Assembly: GCA_900551645.1 (NCBI GenBank)
Contig: URWP01000001.1
Coordinates: 1 to 41,011 of the forward strand
Reading direction: 5' to 3'
DNA length: 41,011 nucleotides
From: an uncultured Bacteroides sp.
GTDB lineage: Bacteria > Bacteroidota > Bacteroidia > Bacteroidales > Bacteroidaceae
The notes under the pieces are model-generated. The model was given only the letters and a program-made list of their open reading frames with translations. It ran no database searches and had not been told where the DNA came from. The translations under genes were made by a program, and so were the position numbers. Numbering within the stretch: the stretch's first letter is position 1; every line of letters begins with the position of its first letter. Of the stretch, positions 40,308-41,011 are shown in pieces.

Positions 40308-41011
40308 ATGAAAACATTTGAACAAGTAAAATTGGCAGCGTTCATCGTTGCTTTGTCAGTGAGTTTATCAAGCTGTTTCGCTGGAAGCAGTAGTAATGGA
40401 AACGGTCTGTTCCAGACCCAGGGGATTGTTCCCAGTAAAACGTATGTAACGAAAAAGGTATCTCTTTCGGATATCCAGGCTATCAGCTCCTCTTCTTCGG
40501 TAGATGTGGTCTATTATCAGACGGCTACCTCAACTCCATACGCTGAAATCTATGCACCGGATAACCTGATAGAACGTATCCGTGTGGAAGAATCGCATGG
40601 AACATTGAATGTCGGTATGCAACGTGGTACTTCTATCAAAGGGAAATGTACTTACGAAGTACGTGTCTATGCGCCGGAAGTTGTTTCTTTTGAGACAGGA
40701 AGTTCTTCAGATATTGAATTGGCTAACGGACTGACAACCCAAAAGCCTGTCAGTCTTTCGGCTTCGAGCAGTGGCGATATTACGGCTGAGTCGGTAAAAT
40801 GTGGTGACTTGACCGCACAGATTTCCAGCAGTGGAGATATTGCGCTCAATCGGGTAGAATGTCAGCGTGCTTCGGTAGATGTTTCCAGTAGCGGTGATGT
40901 CAAGATGGAGTCGTTGCGTTGCACTCAATTGAAAACTGAGGTTTCTTCTTCGGGCGACTGTAAGATTAAAGGTATTGATTGCCGAGGCGATGTGCAGGCT
41001 TCTTCCAGGTC
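40308..41011 (+). CDS. GIN-domain / DUF2807 (auto-transporter adhesin head-like) lipoprotein, truncated by the window edge
   Basis: Not in the ORF track because there is no stop in the window. ATG 40308 gives MKTFEQVKLAAFIVALSVSLSSC (lipobox), SVDVVYYQ, APDNLIERIRVE and repeated xSSSGDx beta-helix turns. Confidence 0.85.
   Translation, partial: MKTFEQVKLAAFIVALSVSLSSCFAGSSSNGNGLFQTQGIVPSKTYVTKKVSLSDIQAISSSSSVDVVYYQTATSTPYAEIYAPDNLIERIRVEESHGTLNVGMQRGTSIKGKCTYEVRVYAPEVVSFETGSSSDIELANGLTTQKPVSLSASSSGDITAESVKCGDLTAQISSSGDIALNRVECQRASVDVSSSGDVKMESLRCTQLKTEVSSSGDCKIKGIDCRGDVQASSR

Overview
Chromosomal window from a Bacteroidales gut bacterium (Bacteroides/Phocaeicola-like, judged by SusC/SusD genes, a hybrid two-component system and TAnnTTTG promoters). 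About 74-11957 is a small polysaccharide utilisation locus (PUL): HTCS regulator, lipoprotein carboxylesterase broken by a frameshift in a (TA)n tract, SusC, SusD and a CBM48-CE1-type esterase, with no glycoside hydrolase. About 12074-23709 is an AraC gene divergent from a six-gene alpha-mannoside catabolic operon that has no SusC/D of its own: an uncharacterised six-hairpin glycosidase, a long-form cupin phosphosugar isomerase, a ROK kinase, GH92, an MFS transporter and GH38. About 23763-31960 is housekeeping (mnmD, YqaA/DedA, membrane protein, purD, S9 peptidase, THUMP RNA methyltransferase, cysE). About 32067-35720 is an uncharacterised operon preceded by 22-bp-phased repeats: DUF6057-like membrane protein, CxxCH-containing PD40 lipoprotein and an unannotated 43-aa basic ORF. 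The window ends with rnr, an extended-SDR/Aur1-like PAP2 pair and a partial GIN/DUF2807 lipoprotein. No rRNA, tRNA, CRISPR array or mobile element was seen. Family calls come from motif recognition only; no database search was run.
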